25,331 nucleotides of DNA. Source: an uncultured virus (IMG/VR IMGVR_UViG_3300036822_000086). Lineage: Duplodnaviria > Heunggongvirae > Uroviricota > Caudoviricetes. Positions within the stretch are counted from its first letter, which is position 1; each line of letters starts with the position of its first letter. The position numbers and the translations under genes are program-made. The stretch is from IMG/VR virus record IMGVR_UViG_3300036822_000086; one strand, written 5' to 3'. Positions 1 through 7,075 of the stretch are shown piece by piece. The notes under the pieces are model-generated. The model was given only the letters and a program-made list of their open reading frames with translations, was not told the origin of the DNA and searched no databases.

Positions 1-286
1 CTACGAAAGTGTTGGTCGGGTCGAACACTTGATCGGTCAGAGTACCGGTGTTGCCGATCTTTATGTCGTTGCCGTTGGCAGCGAACGTAAAGCCGGTCGC
101 TAGGTCCGTGTAACGGACCACATCCATATGTTGGCCATTGAGATGACCAAGAGCACTGTTGGTACCCGAGGAGTCGGCGACGACGTTGTCGCCCGTCCCA
201 CTCAGTTGAGTGAGAAGTTGAACGTCTGCCATCGCTGGCGACGCCAGCACCAAGCACAGTGCCGTGCCGAGTAAGAGTTTCTTCAT
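1..286 (-). CDS. Secreted protein with Sec signal peptide, runs off the left edge; resembles N-termini of PEP-CTERM/VPLPA-type exported proteins
   Basis: Not in the ORF track; translated by hand: MKKLLLGTALCLVLASPAMA-DVQLLTQLSGTGDNVVADSSGTNSALGHLNGQHMDVVRYTDLATGFTFAANGNDIKIGNTGTLTDQVFDPTNTFV. GGAGG RBS upstream, AMA cleavage site, G/T/N/D-rich mature part. Confidence 0.8.
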   Translation of the reverse strand, partial: MKKLLLGTALCLVLASPAMADVQLLTQLSGTGDNVVADSSGTNSALGHLNGQHMDVVRYTDLATGFTFAANGNDIKIGNTGTLTDQVFDPTNTFV

Positions 287-379
287 GCGATTATCGCCTC
301 CGTGCGATTTTGGGTGGGGGTTGGTTGCCCTAGTTCGCAACCTTACCACTCTGTCACCAAACCGCGTCGGAATGCCATA

Positions 380-393
380 CTATCGTTCGATAG
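380..393. promoter_or_regulatory. Palindromic operator CTATC-N4-GATAG (copy 1)
   Basis: CTATCGTTCGATAG between divergent genes; its reverse complement is 13/14 identical to 17643-17656. Confidence 0.55.
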
Positions 394-407
394 GTGTCCA
401 CCGAATG

Positions 408-435
408 TTGACAGGCGCGAGCCAGCCTCTAGGCT
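408..435 (+). promoter_or_regulatory. Sigma70-like promoter, probably giving a leaderless transcript
   Basis: TTGACA-16nt-TAGGCT, with the ATG at 443 only 7 nt further on and no SD sequence. Confidence 0.5.
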
Positions 436-442
436 CGCTGGC

Positions 443-772
443 ATGCTTTATCGCCCACATCGCGCATCGTTCGCCGATGCGACGGCCGCCGTGGTCGAGT
501 TGCCCGATCGCGCCGCCCTGATCGCCCATCTCGCCGCCGAACTGCGGCCGTGGGGTTTTGCGATCGAGGATGCCGACGTCCGCATCAAGCCCTACTGTTT
601 CGATCAGCGCAACGGCTGGAACACCTACCTCGTAACCGTGCGCAACAAGTGCGTCGGCGATCATTGGCTGTTTGGCGCCCAATTGGGATCGGATTACTTC
701 GGCGCCGTCGGTTTCACAGACGGCCCGGCTCTCACGCTGCGGGCCAGGATGGTGGCGATGCCAGGGCCATGA
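443..772 (+). CDS. Phage hypothetical protein (YRPHR...GFTDGP)
   Basis: 3' part of ORF 302..772; start moved to ATG 443 directly after the promoter. Confidence 0.7.
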   Translation: MLYRPHRASFADATAAVVELPDRAALIAHLAAELRPWGFAIEDADVRIKPYCFDQRNGWNTYLVTVRNKCVGDHWLFGAQLGSDYFGAVGFTDGPALTLRARMVAMPGP

Positions 773-801
773 GCTTGGCGCCTTTCGAGCCGAACGTTTG
801 C

Positions 802-1044
802 TCACCCGTTCGGCTCTAGCATCTTGATCGCCTCGATCCGGTTGACGATCGCCGCCAGACCAGCGCGCTGCGCCAAGTATTGAGCCCATAACGCTTCCGG
901 GATCAAATACACCGGAATGTCAGGCTCAACAGCCAACGCATGCACCCCATCGATCGATTTGAGGCGCACCGCCGGGCCTCCAACAATGTCACCGGCCGCG
1001 ATAAACTGGGGCGCGTCGAGGTAGTCGCGGATCACCCGAACCAT
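802..1044 (-). CDS. Hypothetical protein
   Basis: 80-aa ORF collinear with neighbouring minus-strand genes. Confidence 0.55.
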   Translation of the reverse strand: MVRVIRDYLDAPQFIAAGDIVGGPAVRLKSIDGVHALAVEPDIPVYLIPEALWAQYLAQRAGLAAIVNRIEAIKMLEPNG

Positions 1045-1071
1045 GTGCTCATGCCGCCTTCAGGGTACCTA

Positions 1072-1113
1072 CGATAATTTTCGCTACCTCACTTGCGGGC
1101 GTAAAAATTATCG
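1072..1113. repeat. Intergenic inverted repeat (CGATAATTTT / AAAATTATCG)
   Basis: Perfect 10-bp AT-rich arms with a 22-nt spacer. Confidence 0.7.
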
Positions 1114-1123
1114 CCGTTCACCG

Positions 1124-1315
1124 TCAGCCCCGGTAGAGATCGCGCCAGAACCGCCAGTGACGCATCTCGCGCAACTCCGCGCGGCTCGGCCGGTTGATCC
1201 ACATGCCAGCAATCCCGCCCGCCAGCAAGATCGCTGCGAACGCATAACGCTGCCACGCCGGCCAGCTTGCCATCTCCGTTTGCAGCATGATCGGCCCCGG
1301 CGTCATCAGCGGCAT
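1124..1315 (-). CDS. Small single-pass membrane protein
   Basis: Hydrophobic YAFAAILLAGGIAGMWI followed by a basic tail. Confidence 0.55.
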   Translation of the reverse strand: MPLMTPGPIMLQTEMASWPAWQRYAFAAILLAGGIAGMWINRPSRAELREMRHWRFWRDLYRG

Positions 1316-1524
1316 GCTACAATCCGGCCTGCAACGCCGCCGTCATCGTCACCGCCATCGCTCCCGACGACGTCTTCGTCTACGTCTACGATTACCCCCG
1401 TCATCGAGCAGTGGCAGCACGGTTCCATGCAGACCACCGGAACGCCCGGCTCGATCTCAGGCATGTCGGCGTACTCGACCGCGAGGAAGCGAGCGCCGTG
1501 GCAGCACGGGCAGACGGCCTTCAT
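1306..1524 (-). CDS. Small Cys-rich (zinc-binding-like) protein with acidic Gly/Asp tail
   Basis: CPCCHG...CCHCSMTG; ATG 1524 overlaps the upstream stop (ATGA). Confidence 0.6.
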   Translation of the reverse strand: MKAVCPCCHGARFLAVEYADMPEIEPGVPVVCMEPCCHCSMTGVIVDVDEDVVGSDGGDDDGGVAGRIVACR

Positions 1525-1700
1525 GCGTGCTTCGCAAGCGTGATGCTGCGCTTGATCTTTTCGGCGCGGCCCGGGCGGCGATCGATCGCGATGCGCCGAA
1601 CCTTGGGCTTTTTGAACCACACAGCGGTCGCGCGCTTGTTGCGATCGATCTCGCGGGTCACCTTGTAATCACGCGGCAGAATTGGCCGAATTTTTCGCAT
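1521..1700 (-). CDS. Small basic hypothetical protein
   Basis: MRKIRPILPRDYKV...; stop coupled to the next start; start could be 1757. Confidence 0.4.
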   Translation of the reverse strand: MRKIRPILPRDYKVTREIDRNKRATAVWFKKPKVRRIAIDRRPGRAEKIKRSITLAKHA

Positions 1701-1825
1701 GGCGTTGTCGCTGGCGTTGCCGATGCCGTAGGCGTGGGCGTCGGCGTGGATCACCATCCTGCCCGAGCCCGGCTATCTGCGCAACGCGTTGCCCATATAG
1801 GCCGCGTTCGTTCCGGGACGCGAAC

Positions 1826-1855
1826 ATCCGGGCCGATCCCGGCCGATCCGGGCCG
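1826..1855. repeat. Tandem 10-mer x3 (ATCCSGGCCG)
   Basis: ATCCGGGCCG ATCCCGGCCG ATCCGGGCCG. Confidence 0.75.
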
Positions 1856-1959
1856 GTCGCAGAACGTTTCGTGTCCACTCACCAGCCCGTTTCAAATTTA
1901 CCATTAAAATCAAGGACTTATTTCCGGTACAACCCTGAGGAGGTTGTATTTTACGTTAG

Positions 1960-2035
1960 TATGTTAAAAGTTGAGTGCAGCCGCGCTCGCGGGATTGGCG
2001 ACCGGATTAAAAACGAACTCCCCCCATCCCCTTGA
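1960..2035 (-). other. Putative cos (packaging) site region
   Basis: Downstream of a gp74-type HNH gene; minus strand shows a G-run, a T-run, the dyad CCGCG-AG-CGCGG (1981-1992), then AT-rich DNA, the layout expected for HK97-like cos regions. Confidence 0.45.
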
Positions 2036-2198
2036 TATCATTGAAGATTTAGCCATCCCCCAAGAAGTACCATGGAGCTAAGTGTGCCATATCACGATAC
2101 CAAAACGCTATTTGCAGTTGAGTGGTAATGGCTGCCCAATTTACTCAACCTTAGATAATTGATGGTTTTGTGGATGGTGGGTGGTGGGGTGGTGGTGC

Positions 2199-2531
2199 TC
2201 AGTCTTGGTAGGCTGGATGGCGCGCATCGAGCGGAAAGCCATCAGCGTCAGTGCCCGGCGTGAAGCCACGGATTTCTGCATAACGCTTTGTTTGATCGTG
2301 GCAATTCGTGCACAGACTCTGCAATGCGCCGAACCAGAACGCTTGGTAATCGCCGCGATGTGGTTGGATGTGGTCTGCTGCATTGGCTGCCTTAGCGATA
2401 CCTTGATCGGCACACGCCTTGCACCATGGTTCGATTGTCAGTTGATGGCGTGCACGTTTGCGCCATCGCTGCCTGCCATACCATGAGCGCCAAGGTGCTG
2501 TCTTGTTGTGGTGATCGAGTTGATCAGGCAT
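2199..2531 (-). CDS. HNH endonuclease, terminase-associated (HK97 gp74-like)
   Basis: WY..RW...EPWCKAC...ADHIQPHRGD...LQSLCTNCHD...DADGFPLD. Confidence 0.9.
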   Translation of the reverse strand: MPDQLDHHNKTAPWRSWYGRQRWRKRARHQLTIEPWCKACADQGIAKAANAADHIQPHRGDYQAFWFGALQSLCTNCHDQTKRYAEIRGFTPGTDADGFPLDARHPAYQD

Positions 2532-2535
2532 TGCT

Positions 2536-2547
2536 CAAGCTACCGCA
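2536..2547 (-). promoter_or_regulatory. ops-like pause/recruitment element
   Basis: TGCGGTAGCTTG versus ops consensus GGCGGTAGnnTG (9 of 10 fixed positions), on the non-template strand between the RfaH-like gene and HNH. Confidence 0.7.
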
Positions 2548-2617
2548 CCAGCGCTGGTTACCCACTGGGATCAAGCTCGCACCAGAATTGTTCGACACGG
2601 CACGTACTGGAAATCTT

Positions 2618-3130
2618 TCAAGCGGCGATCAAGGCGAGATCGGAGTTGGCGATCAGTACGTCGGTCTTGCGTCCGAGGAAGTCGAGCAGCACGCGAGCCC
2701 GTTCGTGTGGGCGCATGTTGGCGATGACGCCGGCATGGCCTTGGAACGGACCTTTGAGAATTTGCACCTGAGAGTTGGGACCGAGAACTGCTTTTGGTTT
2801 TGGCAGGACGATAATTCCGTCGTCGCCTTCGCGTTGGCGTAGATCGTGGATCACGCGATTGGGCAAGCAATCGGGCTCGCTACCGCGCATGACGATTCCG
2901 ACAATTCCGAAAGTTGAGAGCAGGACGCGCCAGCGATCGGCGAGGACGAACATGTAGCTCGGAAACAGCGGTCGAGCGACGGAGAGTTTCTGATCGTTGA
3001 AGGTCACGCGTTCGAGGATTTTCGGCAAGTAGCACTCGAATTTTTGCGCGGTGGCATTTTCCAGAGCCCAGTTTTCCCGACCGCCACGCGTGCGCACAAC
3101 GATCCAACGTTTTGTGGCTTGCCCGACCAT
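2618..3130 (-). CDS. NusG-family transcription antiterminator, RfaH-like (NGN + KOW)
   Basis: RWIVVRT..GRE, ECYLP, RPLFPSYMFV, STFGIVGIV; KOW motif VQILKGPFQG and RARVLLDFLGR. Confidence 0.92.
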   Translation of the reverse strand: MVGQATKRWIVVRTRGGRENWALENATAQKFECYLPKILERVTFNDQKLSVARPLFPSYMFVLADRWRVLLSTFGIVGIVMRGSEPDCLPNRVIHDLRQREGDDGIIVLPKPKAVLGPNSQVQILKGPFQGHAGVIANMRPHERARVLLDFLGRKTDVLIANSDLALIAA

Positions 3131-3220
3131 GAACGCGATTTCTGACGCAGGACTACAATCCGAGTCAAGAGTTTGCCGACAATTGGCTTAACTTTTCTCT
3201 GGAAGTGCAACCGAGCGGGA

Positions 3221-3465
3221 AGCCCCAATTTTCGCCTCGGCGCCACCAGTCACTTTGCCGCCCCGCCGCCCTCCCCCTATTTTCTAACGTCAGGTGTATG
3301 AAAATGGGGGGAGGGCGTTTCCCCCCTTTTCTTACCCTTACGTTAGTAAGGGGCGGAAAAGTGAATGGGGGCGCCTCGTGGCCGACTTGTTGCTCCCCGC
3401 TTTTCCCCGGTTTTTGCGGAAGAATGGGGGAAGGAAGAATAGGGGTCAAAACAATGGGGGAGGCG
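3221..3465. repeat. Origin-like tract of AAT(G/A)GGGG repeats and dyads
   Basis: 18-bp inverted repeat 3267-3284/3300-3317 (17/18), dyad CCCTTAC-GTTA-GTAAGGG 3335-3352, further motif copies near 3364, 3423, 3438 and 3453; no credible ORF. Confidence 0.6.
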
Positions 3466-3604
3466 GCACAACCGAAAACGACGCGGCTCGCGTATGGGTG
3501 CATGTGGATCAAATGGTGAAATGCGTTGACGGTCTACGCCGAGACGCTGACACTTTCGCAATCTCTAGCCGACAGAATCAGCCGAGCAGCGGAGGGCGCG
3601 CACC

Positions 3605-4678
3605 ATGCCACGAGCCGAGACACAAGCCGCGTTACGCGGGCTGGTCAACGAGACTGAACAGCACAAGCCCAAGCGCAGCAAGGTCGAGATCATCGCGCCG
3701 AGCGTCGGCAAAGGCAATGCCATGACGCGCGAGCAATGGGCTGGCCGCCTCAACGGCGAATGGGAGGCAACGAAAGACAACGCTGTCGAAGGGTTCTTCG
3801 AACTCGGCCAGAGCCTTCTGTTGTGCAGGGGGCAAATCAAGGGTGGCGAATGGCTCGACATGGTCACCAATGATCTACATTTCAACCAAAACGTTACAAA
3901 CAAATTGATGCGTATCGGAAAGTGGCAAAACCGTCGCAATGCGACGCTTTTACCTATCATGGGTAAGTTTCCGCCAGACTACACTACCCTTGATATACTC
4001 TCGCGTCTTCATGAGAAGTTCCCGGAAGTATTTGATCGCTTGCTCGATGACGGCACAATCTGCCCAAGCTTGCAACGCAACGAAATCTCGAAAATTCTGC
4101 GGCTAGAGCGTGTCGCCGAAGACGAGCAACGCATTCTCAACCTCGCACCGATCGCGGGCAAGTTCCGCACGCTCGTATTTGATCCGGCTTGGGAATATGA
4201 CTGGTTGTCGCTGGCTGGCCGCGCCAAACCGGGCTATGCGATGCAATCGCTCGATCAGTTGCGTGCGCTTGATATCAAACAATGGGCTGATCAAGAAGTT
4301 GGTTGTCATCTATATGTTTGGACGACCAACAACTTCATGGTCGAGGCCTGCAAGTTGATTGTGCATTGGGGGTTTCAGTATCGCACAGCGATCACGTGGG
4401 TTAAGCCGCCGCCGTTTGGGCTCGGTAGTTATTTCCGTAATTCAACTGAACATGTGCTGTTCGCAACGCTAGGCGATACCACCACGCGGCCAGCCGCCGC
4501 AAGCATGGCAACAGATTTTCGAGCGCCGCGCGGCGAGCATTCGGAAAAGCCGGAATGTTTCTACGACATCGTGCGCGCGGCCAGTTACCCGCCATATGGT
4601 GAGGGCAATCAACGCGAACCGCGACCGGACTTCACCAATCTATTTGAAGAGGTTGCGATCACGGAGGCGGCCGAATGA
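3605..4678 (+). CDS. MT-A70 family N6-adenine methyltransferase with DUF3102-like N-terminal domain
   Basis: FRTLVFDPAW, HLYVWTTN, WGFQYRTAITWVK, GLGSYFRNSTEHVLFA, HSEKP; GGAGG RBS. Confidence 0.9.
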   Translation: MPRAETQAALRGLVNETEQHKPKRSKVEIIAPSVGKGNAMTREQWAGRLNGEWEATKDNAVEGFFELGQSLLLCRGQIKGGEWLDMVTNDLHFNQNVTNKLMRIGKWQNRRNATLLPIMGKFPPDYTTLDILSRLHEKFPEVFDRLLDDGTICPSLQRNEISKILRLERVAEDEQRILNLAPIAGKFRTLVFDPAWEYDWLSLAGRAKPGYAMQSLDQLRALDIKQWADQEVGCHLYVWTTNNFMVEACKLIVHWGFQYRTAITWVKPPPFGLGSYFRNSTEHVLFATLGDTTTRPAAASMATDFRAPRGEHSEKPECFYDIVRAASYPPYGEGNQREPRPDFTNLFEEVAITEAAE

Positions 4679-4899
4679 CGGAAGAAGAACGCATCGAGTG
4701 GGAAGCTGACAAATACAAATACTTTGGCCCCGATCCAAATCCTGTTATTGAGGCGGCTTTGATGAAGCACCACTTGGCATATCGCGAATACGCAAAACGA
4801 CCAACCCCAGAAAATTCAGAAGCATTCATGCGAACATCGCAAGAATTGCAAGATATAGTTCAGCTTAGTCAATGGCAGCCGCCGAGTGAAAAACAGTGA
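4675..4899 (+). CDS. Hypothetical protein
   Basis: ATGA overlap with the methylase stop; GGAGG RBS. Confidence 0.75.
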   Translation: MTEEERIEWEADKYKYFGPDPNPVIEAALMKHHLAYREYAKRPTPENSEAFMRTSQELQDIVQLSQWQPPSEKQ

Positions 4900-4909
4900 A
4901 TGAGTTGCT

Positions 4910-5548
4910 TTAGACCAGACGCGTCACGCTACCGTCTGGATTGAACCGCAACTCTGGTTTTCCCCATAAACTGCTTTGCAGCCCGCCAACATCAACACGG
5001 AAACCTTCGATTCTGAGATCACGACAAACTTTCTGAATTGGTGTTTTAAGGCAACGCGTCCATAAAGCTCGGCCACCAATCATATTTTCGATGTCGGTCA
5101 CCACAAGCGCCGCGCGATGTTTATGGACCCAAGCACGCCATCGCTTGAGCGGCAGTGGCCAACAATTGACTGATGTTTGATCCAATGAAGCTTGCGCCCA
5201 CAAAACCATATCAGCCGTGCTGGCAATACCCCAGCCCTGCGCTTCCTGACCGGGAATGGTGCATGACATTTCTTCAAACAAAAAATCCTGCCAATGCGAA
5301 TATCTCGGTTCTCCGTTGGGCAAACGCGGGAACCGCACGCATTTCCAATCAATACCTAATACTCCGTTCAACAATTGCATCGCTAGATCAACATGCGCTT
5401 TGCGCTGTACTAATTGAGCAAACTGAGAATTACCACGGAATTCCACCAGACCGGTGCCGCGTTTTGACCATTGTGGCAGCACATCGCCGAGCAGTTTTTC
5501 GTACATCTCCCAAGACCAAGCGTCGTCGTATTCGAATTGATTCACCAT
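4910..5548 (-). CDS. Putative PD-(D/E)xK restriction-endonuclease-fold protein
   Basis: Q..HVD...GIDWK...DFLFEEMS...GW...AD pattern; start moved to ATG 5548 (AAGGA RBS). The CDS is secure, the fold call is tentative. Confidence 0.6.
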   Translation of the reverse strand: MVNQFEYDDAWSWEMYEKLLGDVLPQWSKRGTGLVEFRGNSQFAQLVQRKAHVDLAMQLLNGVLGIDWKCVRFPRLPNGEPRYSHWQDFLFEEMSCTIPGQEAQGWGIASTADMVLWAQASLDQTSVNCWPLPLKRWRAWVHKHRAALVVTDIENMIGGRALWTRCLKTPIQKVCRDLRIEGFRVDVGGLQSSLWGKPELRFNPDGSVTRLV

Positions 5549-5606
5549 TTTATCCTTTGATAGTTTGCGGTAATACTGAGCAGCGCCGACTGATCGTCCG
5601 ATAGAA

Positions 5607-5676
5607 GGGGCGGGGGCATGTAGGCCCACGCGGTGATTTGCAGTCACCGCGCCCGGCGATCAGGACCGGCCGCCCC
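5607..5676 (-). ncRNA. Cloverleaf (four-way junction) structured RNA, tRNA-like but non-canonical
   Basis: GGGGCGG / CCGGT-CCTGATC-GCCGG / G-CGCGGTGA-CTGCAAA-TCACCGCG-T / GGGC-CTACAT-GCCC / CCGCCCC; G-U pairs favour the minus strand. Confidence 0.55.
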
Positions 5677-5765
5677 GACATCGGCGCGCCGCGCAGTGCG
5701 AAAGCGGACACCACGCGAGCCGACTGCGGGCTGTTATTTGTTACGCGCCACCTGCCCGCCGGGCG

Positions 5766-6134
5766 CTATGGCTGCGTGGCCATAACCCTACGTCTTGCTT
5801 GCACTCTGATGATAGGCACGTAAATGAACGCAAAGGCTTTTTTCTGCTGCCAGCGCGCCCGGCACGGCTGAAACAAAAACCAACTACAATTCCGTTTTGG
5901 ATAATCCCATTCGTAGGGATCATCACCGCAGCGTTTGTACCAAATCTCACTTAGGCGCGGAGCGCGTTGCTCGCTGTTTTCTGGTTCAACATACAACTCC
6001 ACCTGCTCACCATATAACTTCACCATCTCATCGCTCCAGTCCATGTAATTGATCAATACGCGCGAGGGCAAAAACGGGATGGCAAAAAATTCCTCCCAAC
6101 TCAAATGATAGCGCGGAAATTCTTCGATCCGCAT
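5766..6134 (-). CDS. Hypothetical protein (aromatic-rich)
   Basis: AGGA RBS, collinear with the operon. Confidence 0.7.
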   Translation of the reverse strand: MRIEEFPRYHLSWEEFFAIPFLPSRVLINYMDWSDEMVKLYGEQVELYVEPENSEQRAPRLSEIWYKRCGDDPYEWDYPKRNCSWFLFQPCRARWQQKKAFAFIYVPIIRVQARRRVMATQP

Positions 6135-6152
6135 CGTTGTCTATCCTAATCG

Positions 6153-6533
6153 TTAACGTGTTGACCGCCGTTTGGTTTGCTGATCCATCGCCTTGCGGAT
6201 GTCCTCGCTAGTCAGGCGATAGAATTTGTCCAATCTCATCAACTCACGTTGTGCGACTTTCAGCGGGCCGAGATCGACGTCGATCTCATTGAGATCAGCG
6301 AACAGTTTGAACCGTTCGACCGCGCCGGCACGGCCATAGCCGATCACATAGACTTGCTGGCGCTCAAACTGATCGAATTGCACGCGGCAACGATGCGTGC
6401 GCTTGACCGCGTCGATGATGCCATAGCGTCGCGTTTGCAGCGGGCCAAGCTCGGCATTGAGCGCCATCAGTTCGCGCGAGTTGGTGGCCCAGTCGGCCTT
6501 CAGGTCTTCGAGTTGTTGCAGTAGATCGGACAT
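6153..6533 (-). CDS. Hypothetical coiled-coil protein
   Basis: Heptad-like Leu pattern; 3-nt gap to the upstream gene. Confidence 0.75.
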   Translation of the reverse strand: MSDLLQQLEDLKADWATNSRELMALNAELGPLQTRRYGIIDAVKRTHRCRVQFDQFERQQVYVIGYGRAGAVERFKLFADLNEIDVDLGPLKVAQRELMRLDKFYRLTSEDIRKAMDQQTKRRSTR

Positions 6534-6536
6534 CGA

Positions 6537-7046
6537 TCAAGGCGAACCGACAAGTCCGTTCCAATCGATGTGAATGGCCATGGGATTACGATCTGGTTTG
6601 ATGAATTTGAGGGCTGCATCGCTTTCGATCTGCGCCTCGACAGCATCGATCAATCGAATGCATTCTCGCAATTGCTCGCGGAAAGGTCCGGCGTAAGTCA
6701 TCGCCTCTTTGGCCGTAAAGCGATCCTTCGTTTCTCTATTTGCGCTGGCATGATACATCCAAAGCGGAAGCTCAAAATGGTCGCGCACGAGATCGACCAA
6801 CGAAATTTTGATGGACGGGCTGCTTTCGGATTTTTCGTCCCAGCCGAAACACGTGCCAAGATCAAGCGTGAGATGACCTTCCCGGCCATCCAAGTCCAAG
6901 CTCATGCTTTCATCGTTTGTTGTGAGCCCTGCAAGAAATCTATTCATTGCGCGCCCGATAGGCGCCGCAAGTGCTCCGAATAAATCTTTGCAATTGAGCG
7001 TAAAATCGATTTTCGCGTGTTCACTCTTGCTCAAGGGTATGCGCAT
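6537..7046 (-). CDS. Hypothetical protein
   Basis: GGAGG RBS before ATG 7046. Confidence 0.8.
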   Translation of the reverse strand: MRIPLSKSEHAKIDFTLNCKDLFGALAAPIGRAMNRFLAGLTTNDESMSLDLDGREGHLTLDLGTCFGWDEKSESSPSIKISLVDLVRDHFELPLWMYHASANRETKDRFTAKEAMTYAGPFREQLRECIRLIDAVEAQIESDAALKFIKPDRNPMAIHIDWNGLVGSP

Positions 7047-7075
7047 TTTTGTCCTCCGGGTTTTCGAGTTGTTGG

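Noticed and set aside
1080..1091. Second ops element (TGAGGTAGCGAA, minus strand)
   Set aside because: Only the GGTAGC core matches; it lacks the C at position 3 and the terminal TG
1669..1878. Terminase small subunit after the cos-like site
   Set aside because: The ORF is short, its Arg-rich part comes from the hexamer array, and it has no terS-like features
2161..2197. GGT-rich tract as a functional G-quadruplex
   Set aside because: Mostly GG doublets with no supporting context; cannot be told from simple low complexity
3165..3725. ORFs across the origin-like tract
   Set aside because: Low-complexity P/G/K translations of the repeats on both strands with no coding signal
3500..4910. Invertible segment explaining the flipped methylase
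   Set aside because: No flanking inverted repeats found by eye and no invertase in the window
5607..5676. Canonical tRNA-Cys or tRNA-Sec gene
   Set aside because: No GTTC T-loop, no D-loop GG, no CCA end, and the anticodon stem is too long; kept only as a tRNA-like element
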